From: Lytechinus pictus
Taxonomy: Eukaryota
Length of the DNA: 64,000 nucleotides
Assembly: GCF_037042905.1 (NCBI RefSeq)
Contig: NC_087246.1
Coordinates: forward strand, 20,460,001-20,524,000
Direction of reading: 5' to 3'
How positions within the stretch are numbered: position 1 is the first letter of the stretch; every line of letters begins with the position of its first letter. Both the position numbers and the translations under genes were made by a program. This document shows, one piece after another, positions 1 to 12,522 of this stretch. The notes under the pieces were generated by a model. It ran no database searches, was not told the DNA's origin, and saw only the letters and a list, made by a program, of their open reading frames with translations.

Positions 1-287
1 GTCTCTAGATGAATAGGCTTATAATCTCCTGTTTAGAACAGTATCAATGTCTTCTTTTCTTCCATTGATTATTTTCGCCTTCTTAATGACACTGTATACT
101 AATGGACGTTTAAATTGTAAAAGAAAATATGGACGGCTTCGTTTGGAATCTAAAAATTGACATCGATATAACTTATATGGGACGAAAGAGGGGATAGAGA
201 GATACAAGAAAAAAACTGAAGGGATGGGTGAAAAAATGATATGGAATATATAGTCAGAGAAAAGGGGAAATACACTGAAATGTAGGC

Positions 288-500
288 TAGAATTAAAGAC
301 GTAGATATAGATGAGTGAATAGATAAATTTATAGAACAATGGTTATATAGAGAGATAGATAGATAGATATATAGATAGGTAGATAGATAGGTAGGTAGAT
401 ATATAGATAGATAGAATTAAAGACCGAGATATAGATGAGTGAATAGATAAATTTATAGAAGAATGGTAATATAGATAGATAGATAGATAGAATAGTAGAT
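288..500. repeat. Spacer minisatellite (AGAATTAAAGACCGAGATATAGATGAGTGAATAGATAAATTTATAGAAGAATGGTAATAT) with (AGAT/AGGT)n tracts; also at ~4835-5160, 7614-7925, 10368-10720, 13167-13510, 16131-16445, 19069-19395
   Basis: 2-3 units per spacer with variable GATA-tetramer length; absent from the spacer between copies 1 and 2. Confidence 0.9.
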
Positions 501-1143
501 AAAAATGGATCGATTGATAAATAGAAAATTATAAAGAAATATAATTTCAAATTACGCTATATAAGCAAAAAACGTCACCCCCCTTTGTTCCTACTCCTTT
601 TCCCTCTAATTTTTATTCCTTCCTTTGGCTCCATTCTTCTGGTCTTCCCTGAAATTACCTTTTCTTTTGTTTTAGTTACTTCTTTTTTAAATCCCGTTTA
701 TCTTTCTCACCCATTTTCTATCACTCCTTTTCTTTCTTTTTTTCTATTTCTCCCTCTCCCATTTATACCTTTACATTCATTTCTTTCTCATATACTTTCC
801 GTTCTCATTTTCTTTTTACGTCTCCTATATTCTTCTTTTATTTGCCTTTTTCTCTCTTTTTTTTTTCAATTTTCGGTAGTTAGGTGGCCTTTCCGACTAA
901 AACTTTTCACAGCAAGACATAATTATAGGGAGATATTCGTTGATGTATCAAAATGAGGTGAGAAGAAAATTAAGGGAAAATTTGACATTGAGGGTATATC
1001 ATAAGGACTCGCATGCTAGCTTTACGAAAAACAAATAAACTTTATCAGTCATTAGACTATTTTTAACCTTTCAGCAAAGTTAATTATGTACATTCAAAAT
1101 ATAAAACAGTAACAAGATATATTTTACAGTTGAATTTAAACAT

Positions 1144-1149
1144 TTTATT
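1144..1149 (-). terminator. Candidate polyadenylation signal AATAAA of pmar1 copy 1 (present in all units)
   Basis: tttatt on the plus strand ~163 nt downstream of the stop codon. Confidence 0.45.
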
Positions 1150-1311
1150 CGACCAATGCTATTCATGTCAGTAGTGCGGCAAAATATTACATTAGGGACA
1201 ATTTATGCATTAGTAATAACATGGTCAATATTACTGCACTTGGCAAGAATCATAACAGCAATTAAAAGGTTTTTTCTGGTTTGAGAGTTCGTGAGTTCAT
1301 TCAGTCAGTGC

Positions 1312-2282
1312 CTAGAAGTTGATGCAGAAGACATACGGATGATAACCCATCGGTGTGTAGAAAGAAGACGGTGTTCGGTGAAGATACTCAGCGCTAGAGG
1401 GAGAAGGAGAGCGACTGCTACGAGAGAGAAAGTCTACTGACATCAGTGGACTGGTGGCGCCTTTCGTTGAGTCACGTGATGTCGTGCAGTGGAGCTGAGT
1501 GACGCCATGAAATTGAAGATGTGGGTCCGATGAAACGGTCGTTGACTCTGACGTCGATCGACTGCTTTTAGCGAGAAAGTCGACGGAGAACTTGGATGAC
1601 ACGACGCCCAACTTCTTTGTAGGTGGTGTCGTCTGGTTGACCTCATCGGCGTCGCATGGTGTCTTCCGTTTACGGCTTACGGCAGACAAGTCGACTTCAT
1701 TAGATGGTTGAAGGCGAGGGTTGTAGACGTCTTTCTTAATGACTGGTTGGTGAGCAGAGCATAAAACAAGAGAGGCTCGACGGACACGTGCACGACGGTT
1801 CTGAAACCAGACCTGGAGAGGAGAGAAAACAAAATTGAAAGAAAAGATCAGTGAAACAGTTTAAATATTTTCAGAAAATATGATTTTATTGATGAGAACT
1901 ACTTTCTTTATTCAACATTTATCTCAATACTATGGTCCGTTTATGAAATCCATAATTACCTGGCGTTCTATAAAGACTAAATTATAAAGGAACGATGTTT
2001 TACCCCCCCCCCAGGAACAATTTGCTCTCTGATCTCTTAACACTTTGGATTTGCGAAGTTAGTTTTCTTTGTATTATCAGTAATGATAATGATATTTACC
2101 ATAATTCTGTCTTCTTTAAGCTGTAGACTTGAAGCCAGTTGTTCTCTAGTCGTGATTTTAGGATACTGGTTGTCGTTGAACACGGTCTCCAGAATCCTCA
2201 GCTGTAAATCTGTGAAGACGGTCGGACGTCGACGACGAGGGCGTTTGGAAGAAACCCTATTCGATGATGCATGAGCAGTCAT
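1312..2282 (-). CDS. pmar1: Pmar1/Micro1 paired-class homeodomain repressor, copy 1 (exon1 2282-2100, exon2 1812-1312; 227 aa from second ATG)
   Basis: Spliced ORF (GTAAAT donor, CTCTCCAG acceptor, phase-0 intron between homeodomain codons 46/47, as typical of PRD class) gives RRRRPTVFTDLQLRILETVFNDNQYPKITTREQLASSLQLKEDRIM/VWFQNRRARVRR (Q50), then eh1-like motifs FSVDFLA and MSVDFLS and Ser-rich tracts. The first ATG of copies 4-7 is AAG here (2297-2295). Confidence 0.9.
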
Positions 2283-2374
2283 GATCAAATCGGTCTTTCT
2301 GATAATGAGCTTGATATAAACTTAATAAAAGCTAATTATTGCTTGTTTGGAGTAGATGATGAACTTGTTCGTTG

Positions 2375-2561
2375 TTCTATAAGCTATTACAGAATGATCA
2401 TGTTTATTATTGACACCTGTCCCATCAACATTCGGCTCTGTGAACGCACTTTTCTATTGGTCAATAGCCAATAGCCAATTGGATTACTAACTTGCCTTAA
2501 CCCGCTTTCTATTCAGTGCACGCAATTTTCTATTGGTCAATGAAGACAGCCAATGGGATTA
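2375..2561 (-). promoter_or_regulatory. Proximal promoter of pmar1 copy 1 (repeated upstream of every intact copy): TATA-like box plus duplicated CCAAT/Otx module
   Basis: Minus-strand TATAGAA at ~2381-2375; ttttctattggtcaat at 2450 and 2526; several CCAAT/ATTGG; GGATTA (TAATCC, Otx/K50 site) at 2481-2486 and 2556-2561. Confidence 0.6.
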
Positions 2562-3197
2562 CGGGAAGGTTTCAGTTAGCACTTAGCAGTATAGTAATTG
2601 TTTAATCTTTACCGGCGTACTCAGGTAGATTGAAACCTATTCAAACTACATCCTTTATCGGTCTCTAGATGAATAGGCTTATAATCTCCTGTTTAGAACA
2701 GTATCGAAGTCTTCTTTTCTTCCATTGATTATTTTTTCTCTCTTTTTTTTTTCAATTTTCGGTAGTTAGGTGGCCTTTCCGACTAAAACTTTTCACAGCA
2801 AGACATAATTATAGGGAGATATTCGTTGATGTATCAAAATGAGGTGAGAAGAAAATTAAGGGAAAATTTGACATTGAGGGTATATCATAAGGACTCGCAT
2901 GCTAGCTTTACGAAAAACAAATAAACTTTATCAGTCATTAGACTATTTTTAACCTTTCAGCAAAGTTAATTATGTACATTCAAAATATAAAACAGTAACA
3001 AGATATATTTTACAGTTGAATTTAAACATTTTATTCGACCAATGCTATTCATGTCAGTAGTGCGGCAAAATATTACATTAGGGACAATTTATGCATTAGT
3101 AATAACATGGTCAATATTACTGCACTTGGCAAGAATCATAACAGCAATTAAAAGGTTTTTTCTGGTTTGAGAGTTCGTGAGTTCATTCAGTCAGTGC

Positions 3198-4168
3198 CTA
3201 GAAGTTGATGCAGAAGACATACGGATGATAACCCATCGGTGTGTAGAAAGAAGACGGTGTTCGGTGAAGATACTCAGCGCTAGAGGGAGAAGGAGAGCGA
3301 CTGCTACGAGAGAGAAAGTCTACTGACATCAGTGGACTGGTGGCGCCTTTCGTTGAGTCACGTGATGTCGTGCAGTGGAGCTGAGTGACGCCATGAAATT
3401 GAAGATGTGGGTCCGATGAAACGGTCGTTGACTCTGACGTCGATCGACTGCTTTTAGCGAGAAAGTCGACGGAGAACTTGGATGACACGACGCCCAACTT
3501 CTTTGTAGGTGGTGTCGTCTGGTTGACCTCATCGGCGTCGCATGGTGTCTTCCGTTTACGGCTTACGGCAGACAAGTCGACTTCATTAGATGGTTGAAGG
3601 CGAGGGTTGTAGACGTCTTTCTTAATGACTGGTTGGTGAGCAGAGCATAAAACAAGAGAGGCTCGACGGACACGTGCACGACGGTTCTGAAACCAGACCT
3701 GGAGAGGAGAGAAAACAAAATTGAAAGAAAAGATCAGTGAAACAGTTTAAATATTTTCAGAAAATATGATTTTATTGATGAGAACTACTTTCTTTATTCA
3801 ACATTTATCTCAATACTATGGTCCGTTTATGAAATCCATAATTACCTGGCGTTCTATAAAGACTAAATTATAAAGGATCGATGTTTTACCCCCCCCCCAG
3901 GAACAATTTGCTCTCTGATCTCTTAACACTTTGGATTTGCGAAGTTAGTTTTCTTTGTATTATCAGTAATGATAATGATATTTACCATAATTCTGTCTTC
4001 TTTAAGCTGTAGACTTGAAGCCAGTTGTTCTCTAGTCGTGATTTTAGGATACTGGTTGTCGTTGAACACGGTCTCCAGAATCCTCAGCTGTAAATCTGTG
4101 AAGACGGTCGGACGTCGACGACGAGGGCGTTTGGAAGAAACCCTATTCGATGAAGCATGAGCAGTCAT
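3198..4168 (-). CDS. pmar1: Pmar1/Micro1 copy 2 (exon1 4168-3986, exon2 3698-3198; 227 aa)
   Basis: Same exon structure and protein as copy 1; first ATG replaced by AAG (4183-4181). Confidence 0.9.
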
Positions 4169-5975
4169 GATCAAATCGGTCTTTCTGATAATGAGCTTGA
4201 TATAAACTTAATAAAAGCTAATTATTACTTGTTTGGAGTAGATGATGAACTTGTTCGTTGTTCTATAAGCTATTACAGAATGATCATGTTTATTATTGAC
4301 ACCTGTCCCATCAACATTCGGCTCTGTGAACGCACTTTTCTATTGGTCAATAGCCAATAGCCAATTGGATTACTAACTTGCCTTAACCCGCTTTCTATTC
4401 AGTGCACGCAATTTTCTATTGGTCAATGAAGACAGCCAATGGGATTACGGGAAGGTTTCAGTTAGCACTTAGCAGTATAGTAATTGTTTAATCTTTACCG
4501 GCGTACTCAGGTAGATTGAAACCTATTCAAACTACATCCTTTATCGGTCTCTAGATGAATAGGCTTATAATCTCCTGTTTAGAACAGTATCGAAGTCTTC
4601 TTTTCTTCCATTGATTATTTTCGCCTTCTTAATGACACTGTATACTAATGGACGTTTAAATTGTAAAAGAAAATATGGACGGCTTCGTTTGAAATCTAAA
4701 AATTGACATCGATATAACTTATATGGGACGAAAGAGGGGATAGAGAGATACAAGAAAAAAACTGAAGGGATGGGTGAAAAAATGATATGGAATATATAGT
4801 CAGAGAAAAGGGGAAATACACTGAAATGTAGGCTGGAATTAAAGATTTAGATATAGATGAGTGAATAGATAAATTTATAGAACAATGGTTATATAGAGAG
4901 ATAGATAGATAGATATATAGATAGGTAGATAGATAGGTAGGTAGATATATAGATAGATAGAATTAAAGACCAAGATATAGATGAGTGAATAGATAAATTT
5001 ATAGAAGAATGGTAATATAGATAGATAGATATATAGATAGGTAGATAGATAGGTAGATATATAGATAGATAGAATTAAAGACCGAGATATAGATGAGTGA
5101 ATAGATAAATTTATAGAAGAATGGTAATATAGATAGATAGATAGATAGAATAGTAGATAAAAATGAATCGATTGATAAATAGAAAATTATAAAGAAATAT
5201 AATTTCAAATTACGCTATATAAGCAAAAAACGTCACCCCCCCCCCCCTTTGTTCCTACTCCTTTTCCCTCTAATTTTTATTCCTTCCTTTGGCTCCATTC
5301 TTCTGGTCTTCCCTGAAATTACCTTTTCTTTTGTTTTAGTTACTTCTTTTTTAAATCCCGTTTATCTTTCTCACCCATTTTCTATCACTCCTTTTCTTTC
5401 TTTTTTCTATTTCTCCCTCTCCCATTTATACCTTTACATTCATTTCTTTCTCATATACTTTCCGTTCTCATTTTCTTTTTACGTCTCCTATATTCTTCTT
5501 TTATTTGCCTTTTTCTCTCTTTTTTTTTTTCAATTTTCGGTAGTTAGGTGGCCTTTCCGACTAAAACTTTTCACAGCAAGACATAATTATAGGGAGATAT
5601 TCGTTGATGTATCAAAATGAGGTGAGAAGAAAATTAAGGGAAAATTTGACATTGAGGGTATATCATAAGGACTCGCATGCTAGCTTTACGAAAAACAAAT
5701 AAACTTTATCAGTCATTAGACTATTTTTAACCTTTCAGCAAAGTTAATTATGTACATTCAAAATATAAAACAGTAACAAGATATATTTTACAGTTGAATT
5801 TAAACATTTTATTCGACCAATGCTATTCATGTCAGTAGTGCGGCAAAATATTACATTAGGGACAATTTATGCATTAGTAATAACATGGTCAATATTACTG
5901 CACTTGGCAAGAATCATAACAGCAATTAAAAGGTTTTTTCTGGTTTGAGAGTTCGTGAGTTCATTCAGTCAGTGC

Positions 5976-6947
5976 CTAGAAGTTGATGCAGAAGACATAC
6001 GGATGATAACCCATCGGTGTGTAGAAAGAAGACGGTGTTCGGTGAAGATACTCAGCGCTAGAGGGAGAAGGAGAGCGACTGCTACGAGAGAGAAAGTCTA
6101 CTGACATCAGTGGACTGGTGGCGCCTTTCGTTGAGTCACGTGATGTCGTGCAGTGGAGCTGAGTGACGCCATGAAATTGAAGATGTGGGTCCGATGAAAC
6201 GGTCGTTGACTCTGACGTCGATCGACTGCTTTTAGCGAGAAAGTCGACGGAGAACTTGGATGACACGACGCCCAACTTCTTTGTAGGTGGTGTCGTCTGG
6301 TTGACCTCATCGGCGTCGCATGGTGTCTTCCGTTTACGGCTTACGGCAGACAAGTCGACTTCATTAGATGGTTGAAGGCGAGGGTTGTAGACGTCTTTCT
6401 TAATGACTGGTTGGTGAGCAGAGCATAAAACAAGAGAGGCTCGACGGACACGTGCACGACGGTTCTGAAACCAGACCTGGAGAGGAGAGAAAACAAAATT
6501 GAAAGAAAAGATCAGTGAAACAGTTTAAATATTTTCAGAAAATATGATTTTATTGATGAGAACTACTTTCTTTATTCAACATTTATCTCAATACTATGGT
6601 CCGTTTATGAAATCCATAATTACCTGGCGTTCTATAAAGACTAAATTATAAAGGATCGATGTTTTACCCCCCCCCCCAGGAACAATTTGCTCTCTGATCT
6701 CTTAACACTTTGGATTTGCGAAGTTAGTTTTCTTTGTATTATCAGTAATGATAATGATATTTACCATAATTCTGTCTTCTTTAAGCTGTAGACTTGAAGC
6801 CAGTTGTTCTCTAGTCGTGATTTTAGGATACTGGTTGTCGTTGAACACGGTCTCCAGAATCCTCAGCTGTAAATCTGTGAAGACGGTCGGACGTCGACGA
6901 CGAGGGCGTTTGGAAGAAACCCTATTCGATGAAGCATGAGCAGTCAT
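5976..6947 (-). CDS. pmar1: Pmar1/Micro1 copy 3 (exon1 6947-6765, exon2 6476-5976; 227 aa)
   Basis: Same as copy 2; AAG at 6962-6960. Confidence 0.9.
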
Positions 6948-8737
6948 GATCAAATCGGTCTTTCTGATAATGAGCTTGATATAAACTTAATAAAAGCTAA
7001 TTATTGCTTGTTTGGAGTAGATGATGAACTTGTTCGTTGTTCTATAAGCTATTACAGAATGATCATGTTTATTATTGACACCTGTCCCATCAACATTCGG
7101 CTCTGTGAACGCACTTTTCTATTGGTCAATAGCCAATAGCCAATTGGATTACTAACTTGCCTTAACCCGCTTTCTATTCAGTGCACGCAATTTTCTATTG
7201 GTCAATGAAGACAGCCAATGGGATTACGGGAAGGTTTCAGTTAGCACTTAGCAGTATAGTAATTGTTTAATCTTTACCGGCGTACTCAGGTAGATTGAAA
7301 CCTATTCAAACTACATCCTTTATCGGTCTCTAGATGAATAGGCTTATAATCTCCTGTTTAGAACAGTATCGAAGTCTTCTTTTCTTCCATTGATTATTTT
7401 CGCCTTCTTAATGACACTGTATACTAATGGACGTTTAAATTGTAAAAGAAAATATGGACGGCTTCGTTTGAAATCTAAAAATTGACATCGATATAACTTA
7501 TATGGGACGAAAGAGGGGATAGAGAGATACAAGAAAAAAACTGAAGGGATGGGTGAAAAAATGATATGGAATATATAGTCAGAGAAAAGGGGAAATACAC
7601 TGAAATGTAGGCTGGAATTAAAGATTTAGATATAGATGAGTGAATAGATAAATTTATAGAACAATGGTTATATAGAGAGATAGATAGATAGATATATAGA
7701 TAGGTAGATAGATAGGTAGGTAGATATATAGATAGATATAATTAAAGACCAAGATATAGATGAGTGAATAGATAAATTTATAGAAGAATGGTAATATAGA
7801 TAGATAGATATATAGATAGGTAGATATATAGATAGATAGAATTAAAGACCGAGATATAGATGAGTGAATAGATAAATTTATAGAAGAATGGTAATATAGA
7901 TAGATAGATAGATAGAATAGTAGATAAAAATGAATCGATTGATAAATAGAAAATTATAAAGAAATATAATTTCAAATTACGCTATATAAGCAAAAAACGT
8001 CACCCCCCCTTTGTTCCTACTCCTTTTCCCTCTAATTTTTATTCCTTCCTTTGGCTCCATCCTTCTGGTCTTCCCTGAAATTACCTTTTCTTTTGTTTTA
8101 GTTACTTCTTTTTTAAATCCCGTTTATCTTTCTCACCCATTTTCTATCACTCCTTTTCTTTCTTTTTTCTATTTCTCCCTCTCCCATTTATACCTTTACA
8201 TTCATTTCTTTCTCATATACTTTCCGTTCTCATTTTCTTTTTACGTCTCCTATATTCTTCTTTTATTTGCCTTTTTCTCTCTCTTTTTTTTTCAATTTTC
8301 GGTATTTAGGTGGCCTTTCCGACTAATACTTTTCACAGCAAGACATAATTATAGGGAGATATTCGTTGATGTATCAAAATGAGGTGAGAAGAAAATTAAG
8401 GGAAAATTTGACATTGAGGGTTTATCATAAGGACTCGCATGCTAGCTTTACGAAAAACAAATAAACTTTATCAGTCATTAGACTATTTTTAACCTTTCAG
8501 CAAAGTTAATTATGTACATTCAAAATATAAAACAGTAACAAGATATATTTTACAGTTGAATTTAAACATTTTATTCGACCAATGCTATTCATGTAAGTAG
8601 TGCGGCAAAATATTACATTAGGGACAATTTATGCATTAGTAATAACATGGTCAATATTACTGCACTTGGCAAGAATCATAACAGCAATTAAAAGGTTTTT
8701 TCTGGTTTGAGAGTTCGTGAGTTCATTCAGTCAGTGC

Positions 8738-9723
8738 CTAGAAGTAGATGCAGAAGACATACGGATGATAACCCATCGGTGTGTAGAAAGAAGACGGTGT
8801 TCGGTGAAGATACTCAGCGCTAGAGGGAGAAGGAGAGCGACTGCTACGAGAGAGAAAGTCTACTGATATCAGTGGACTGGTGGCGCCTTTCGTTGAGTCA
8901 CGTGATGTCGTGCAGTGGAGCTGAGTGACGCCATGAAATTGAAGATGTGGGTCCGATGAAACGGTCGTTGACTCTGACGTCGATCGACTGCTTTTAGCGA
9001 GAAAGTCGACGGAGAACTTGGATGACACGACGCCCAACTTCTTTGTAGGTGGTGTCGTCTGGTTGACCTCATCGGCGTCGCATGGTGTCTTCCGTTTACG
9101 GCTTACGGCAGACAAGTCGACTTCATTAGATGGTTGAAGGCGAGGGTTGTAGACGTCTTTCTTAATGACTGGTTGGTGAGCAGAGCATAAAACAAGAGAG
9201 GCTCGACGGACACGTGCACGACGGTTCTGAAACCAGACCTGGAGAGGAGAGAAAACAAAATTGAAAGAAAAGATCAGTGAAACAGTTTAAATATTTTCAG
9301 AAAATATGATTTTATTGATGAGAACTACTTTCTTTATTCAACATTTATCTCAATACTATGGTCCGTTTATGAAATCCATAATTACCTGGCGTTCTATAAA
9401 GACTAAATTATCAAGGATCGATGTTTTACCCCCCCCCCCGGAACAATTTGCTCTCTGATCTCTTAACACTTTGGATTTGCGAAGTTAGTTTTCTTTGTAT
9501 TATCAGTAATGATAATGATATTTACCATAATTCTGTCTTCTTTAAGCTGCAGATTTGAAGCCAGTTGTTCTCTAGTCGTGATATCAGGATACTGGTTGTC
9601 GTTGAACACGGTCTCCAGAAACCTCAGCTGTAAATCTGTGAAGACGGTCGGACGTCGACGACGAGGGCGTTTGGAAGAAACCCTATTCGATGAAGTATGA
9701 GCAGTCATGATCAAATCGGTCAT
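8738..9723 (-). CDS. pmar1: Pmar1/Micro1 copy 4 (exon1 9723-9526, exon2 9238-8738; 232 aa)
   Basis: Intact MTDLIM start; homeodomain F15, D27, N37; second eh1 ISVDFLS; C-terminus CIYF. Confidence 0.92.
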
Positions 9724-10425
9724 TCTGATAATGAGCTTGATATAAACTTAATAAAAGCTAATTATTGCTTGTTTGGAGTAGATGATGAACTTGTTCGTTG
9801 TTCTATAAGCTATTACAGAATGATCATGTTTATTATTGACACCTGTCCCATCAACATTCGGCTCTGTGAACGCACTTTTCTATTGGTCAATAGCCAATAG
9901 CCAATAGGATTACTAGCTTGCCTTAACCCGCTTTCTATTCAGTGCACGCAATTTCCTATTGGTCAATGAAGACAGCCAATGGGATTACGGGAAGGTTTCA
10001 GTTAGCAGTATAGTAATTGTTTAATCTTTGCCGGCGTACTCAGGCAGATTGAAACCTATTCAAACTACATCCTTTATCGGTCTCTAGATGAATAGGCTTA
10101 TAATCTCCTGTTTAGAACAGTATCAATGTCTTCTTTTCTTCCATTGATTATTTTCGCCTTCTTAATGACACTGTATACTAATGGACGTTTAAATTGTAAA
10201 AGAAAATATGGACGGCTTCGTTTGAAATCTAAAAATTGACATCGATATAACTTATAAGGGACGAAAGGGGGGATAGAGAGATACAAAAAAAAAACTGAAG
10301 GGATGGGTGAAAAAATGATATGGAATATATAGTCAGAGAAAAGGGGAAATACACTGAAATGTAGGCTAGAATTAAAGACGTAGATATAGATGAGTGAATA
10401 GATAACTTTATAGAACAATGGTAAT

Positions 10426-10485
<60 letters not shown>

Positions 10486-11534
10486 GTAGATAGATAGGTA
10501 GGTAGATATATAGATAGATAGAATTAAAGACCGAGATATAGATGAGTGAATAGATAAATTTATAGAAGAATGGTAATATAGATAGATAGATAGATATATA
10601 GATAGATAGGTAGGTAGATATATAGATAGATAGAATTAAAGACCGATACATAGATGAGTGAATAGATAATTTATATAAGAATGGTAATATAGATAGATAG
10701 ATAGATAGATAGAATAGTAGATAAAAATGAATCGATTGATAAATAGAAAATTATAAAGAAATATAATTTCAAATTACGCTATATAAGCAAAAAACGTCAC
10801 CCCCCCTTTGTTCCTACTCCTTTTCCCTCTAATTTTTATTCCTTCCTTTGGCTCCATCCTTCTGGTCTTCCCTGAAATTACCTTTTCTTTTGTTTTAGTT
10901 ACTTCTTTTTTAAATCCCGTTTATCTTTCTCACCCATTTTCTATCACTCCTTTTCTTTCTTTTTTCTATTTCTCCCTCTCCCATTTATACCTTTACATTC
11001 ATTTCTTTCTCATATACTTTCCGTTCTCATTTTCTTTTTACGTCTCCTATATTCTTCTTTTATTTGCCTTTTTCTCTCTCTTTTTTTTTCAATTTTCGGT
11101 ATTTAGGTGGCCTTTCCGACTAATACTTTTCACAGCAAGACATAATTATAGGGAGATATTCGTTGATGTATCAAAATGAGGTGAGAAGAAAATTAAGGGA
11201 AAATTTGACATTGAGGGTTTATCATAAGGACTCGCATGCTAGCTTTACGAAAAACAAATAAACTTTATCAGTCATTAGACTATTTTTAACCTTTCAGCAA
11301 AGTTAATTATGTACATTCAAAATATAAAACAGTAACAAGATATATTTTACAGTTGAATTTAAACATTTTATTCGACCAATGCTATTCATGTAAGTAGTGC
11401 GGCAAAATATTACATTAGGGACAATTTATGCATTAGTAATAACATGGTCAATATTACTGCACTTGGCAAGAATCATAACAGCAATTAAAAGGTTTTTTCT
11501 GGTTTGAGAGTTCGTGAGTTCATTCAGTCAGTGC

Positions 11535-12522
11535 CTAGAAGTAGATGCAGAAGACATACGGATGATAACCCATCGGTGTGTAGAAAGAAGACGGTGTTCG
11601 GTGAAGATACTCAGCGCTAGAGGGAGAAGGAGAGCGACTGCTACGAGAGAGAAAGTCTACTGATATCAGTGGACTGGTGGCGCCTTTCGTTGAGTCACGT
11701 GATGTCGTGCAGTGGAGCTGAGTGACGCCATGAAATTGAAGATGTGGGTCCGATGAAACGGTCGTTGACTCTGACGTCGATCGACTGCTTTTAGCGAGAA
11801 AGTCGACGGAGAACTTGGATGACACGACGCCCAACTTCTTTGTAGGTGGTGTCGTCTGGTTGACCTCATCGGCGTCGCATGGTGTCTTCCGTTTACGGCT
11901 TACGGCAGACAAGTCGACTTCATTAGATGGTTGAAGGCGAGGGTTGTAGACGTCTTTCTTAATGACTGGTTGGTGAGCAGAGCATAAAACAAGAGAGGCT
12001 CGACGGACACGTGCACGACGGTTCTGAAACCAGACCTGGAGAGGAGAGAAAACAAAATTGAAAGAAAAGATCAGTGAAACAGTTTAAATATTTTCAGAAA
12101 ATATGATTTTATTGATGAGAACTACTTTCTTTATTCAACATTTATCTCAATACTATGGTCCGTTTATGAAATCCATAATTACCTGGCGTTCTATAAAGAC
12201 TAAATTATCAAGGATCGATGTTTTACCCCCCCCCCCCCGGAACAATTTGCTCTCTGATCTCTTAACACTTTGGATTTGCGAAGTTAGTTTTCTTTGTATT
12301 ATCAGTAATGATAATGATATTTACCATAATTCTGTCTTCTTTAAGCTGCAGATTTGAAGCCAGTTGTTCTCTAGTCGTGATATCAGGATACTGGTTGTCG
12401 TTGAACACGGTCTCCAGAAACCTCAGCTGTAAATCTGTGAAGACGGTCGGACGTCGACGACGAGGGCGTTTGGAAGAAACCCTATTCGATGAAGTATGAG
12501 CAGTCATGATCAAATCGGTCAT
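11535..12522 (-). CDS. pmar1: Pmar1/Micro1 copy 5 (exon1 12522-12325, exon2 12035-11535; 232 aa)
   Basis: Protein matches copy 4; canonical splice sites. Confidence 0.92.

Noticed and set aside
288-500. Repeat-spacer look of the minisatellite, suggesting a CRISPR-like array
   Set aside because: The intervening sequences are GATA microsatellite, not unique spacers. The context is eukaryotic and there are no cas genes.
19-956. Hydrophobic F/L/S/I/Y-rich ORFs in the spacers (also 4999-5620, 10098-11179, 12897-13800 etc.)
   Set aside because: Translations of (GATA)n and CT-rich low-complexity DNA, with frameshifts between units.
1443-1646. Alternative-frame ORF MRSTRRHH... inside exon 2
   Set aside because: A shifted-frame by-product of the pmar1 exon with no independent evidence.
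2037-2099. Read-through of exon 1 into the intron (VNIIIITDN...)
   Set aside because: The canonical GTAAAT donor at homeodomain codon 46/47 and WFQNRR in the next exon show this is intron. No evidence for a retained-intron product.
2271-2474. Plus-strand 67-aa ORF MSSHDQIG... repeated in every unit, and the 63-aa ORF antisense to exon 1
   Set aside because: The conservation is explained by homogenisation of the whole unit. They overlap the promoter and exon 1 in antisense and have no recognisable domain.
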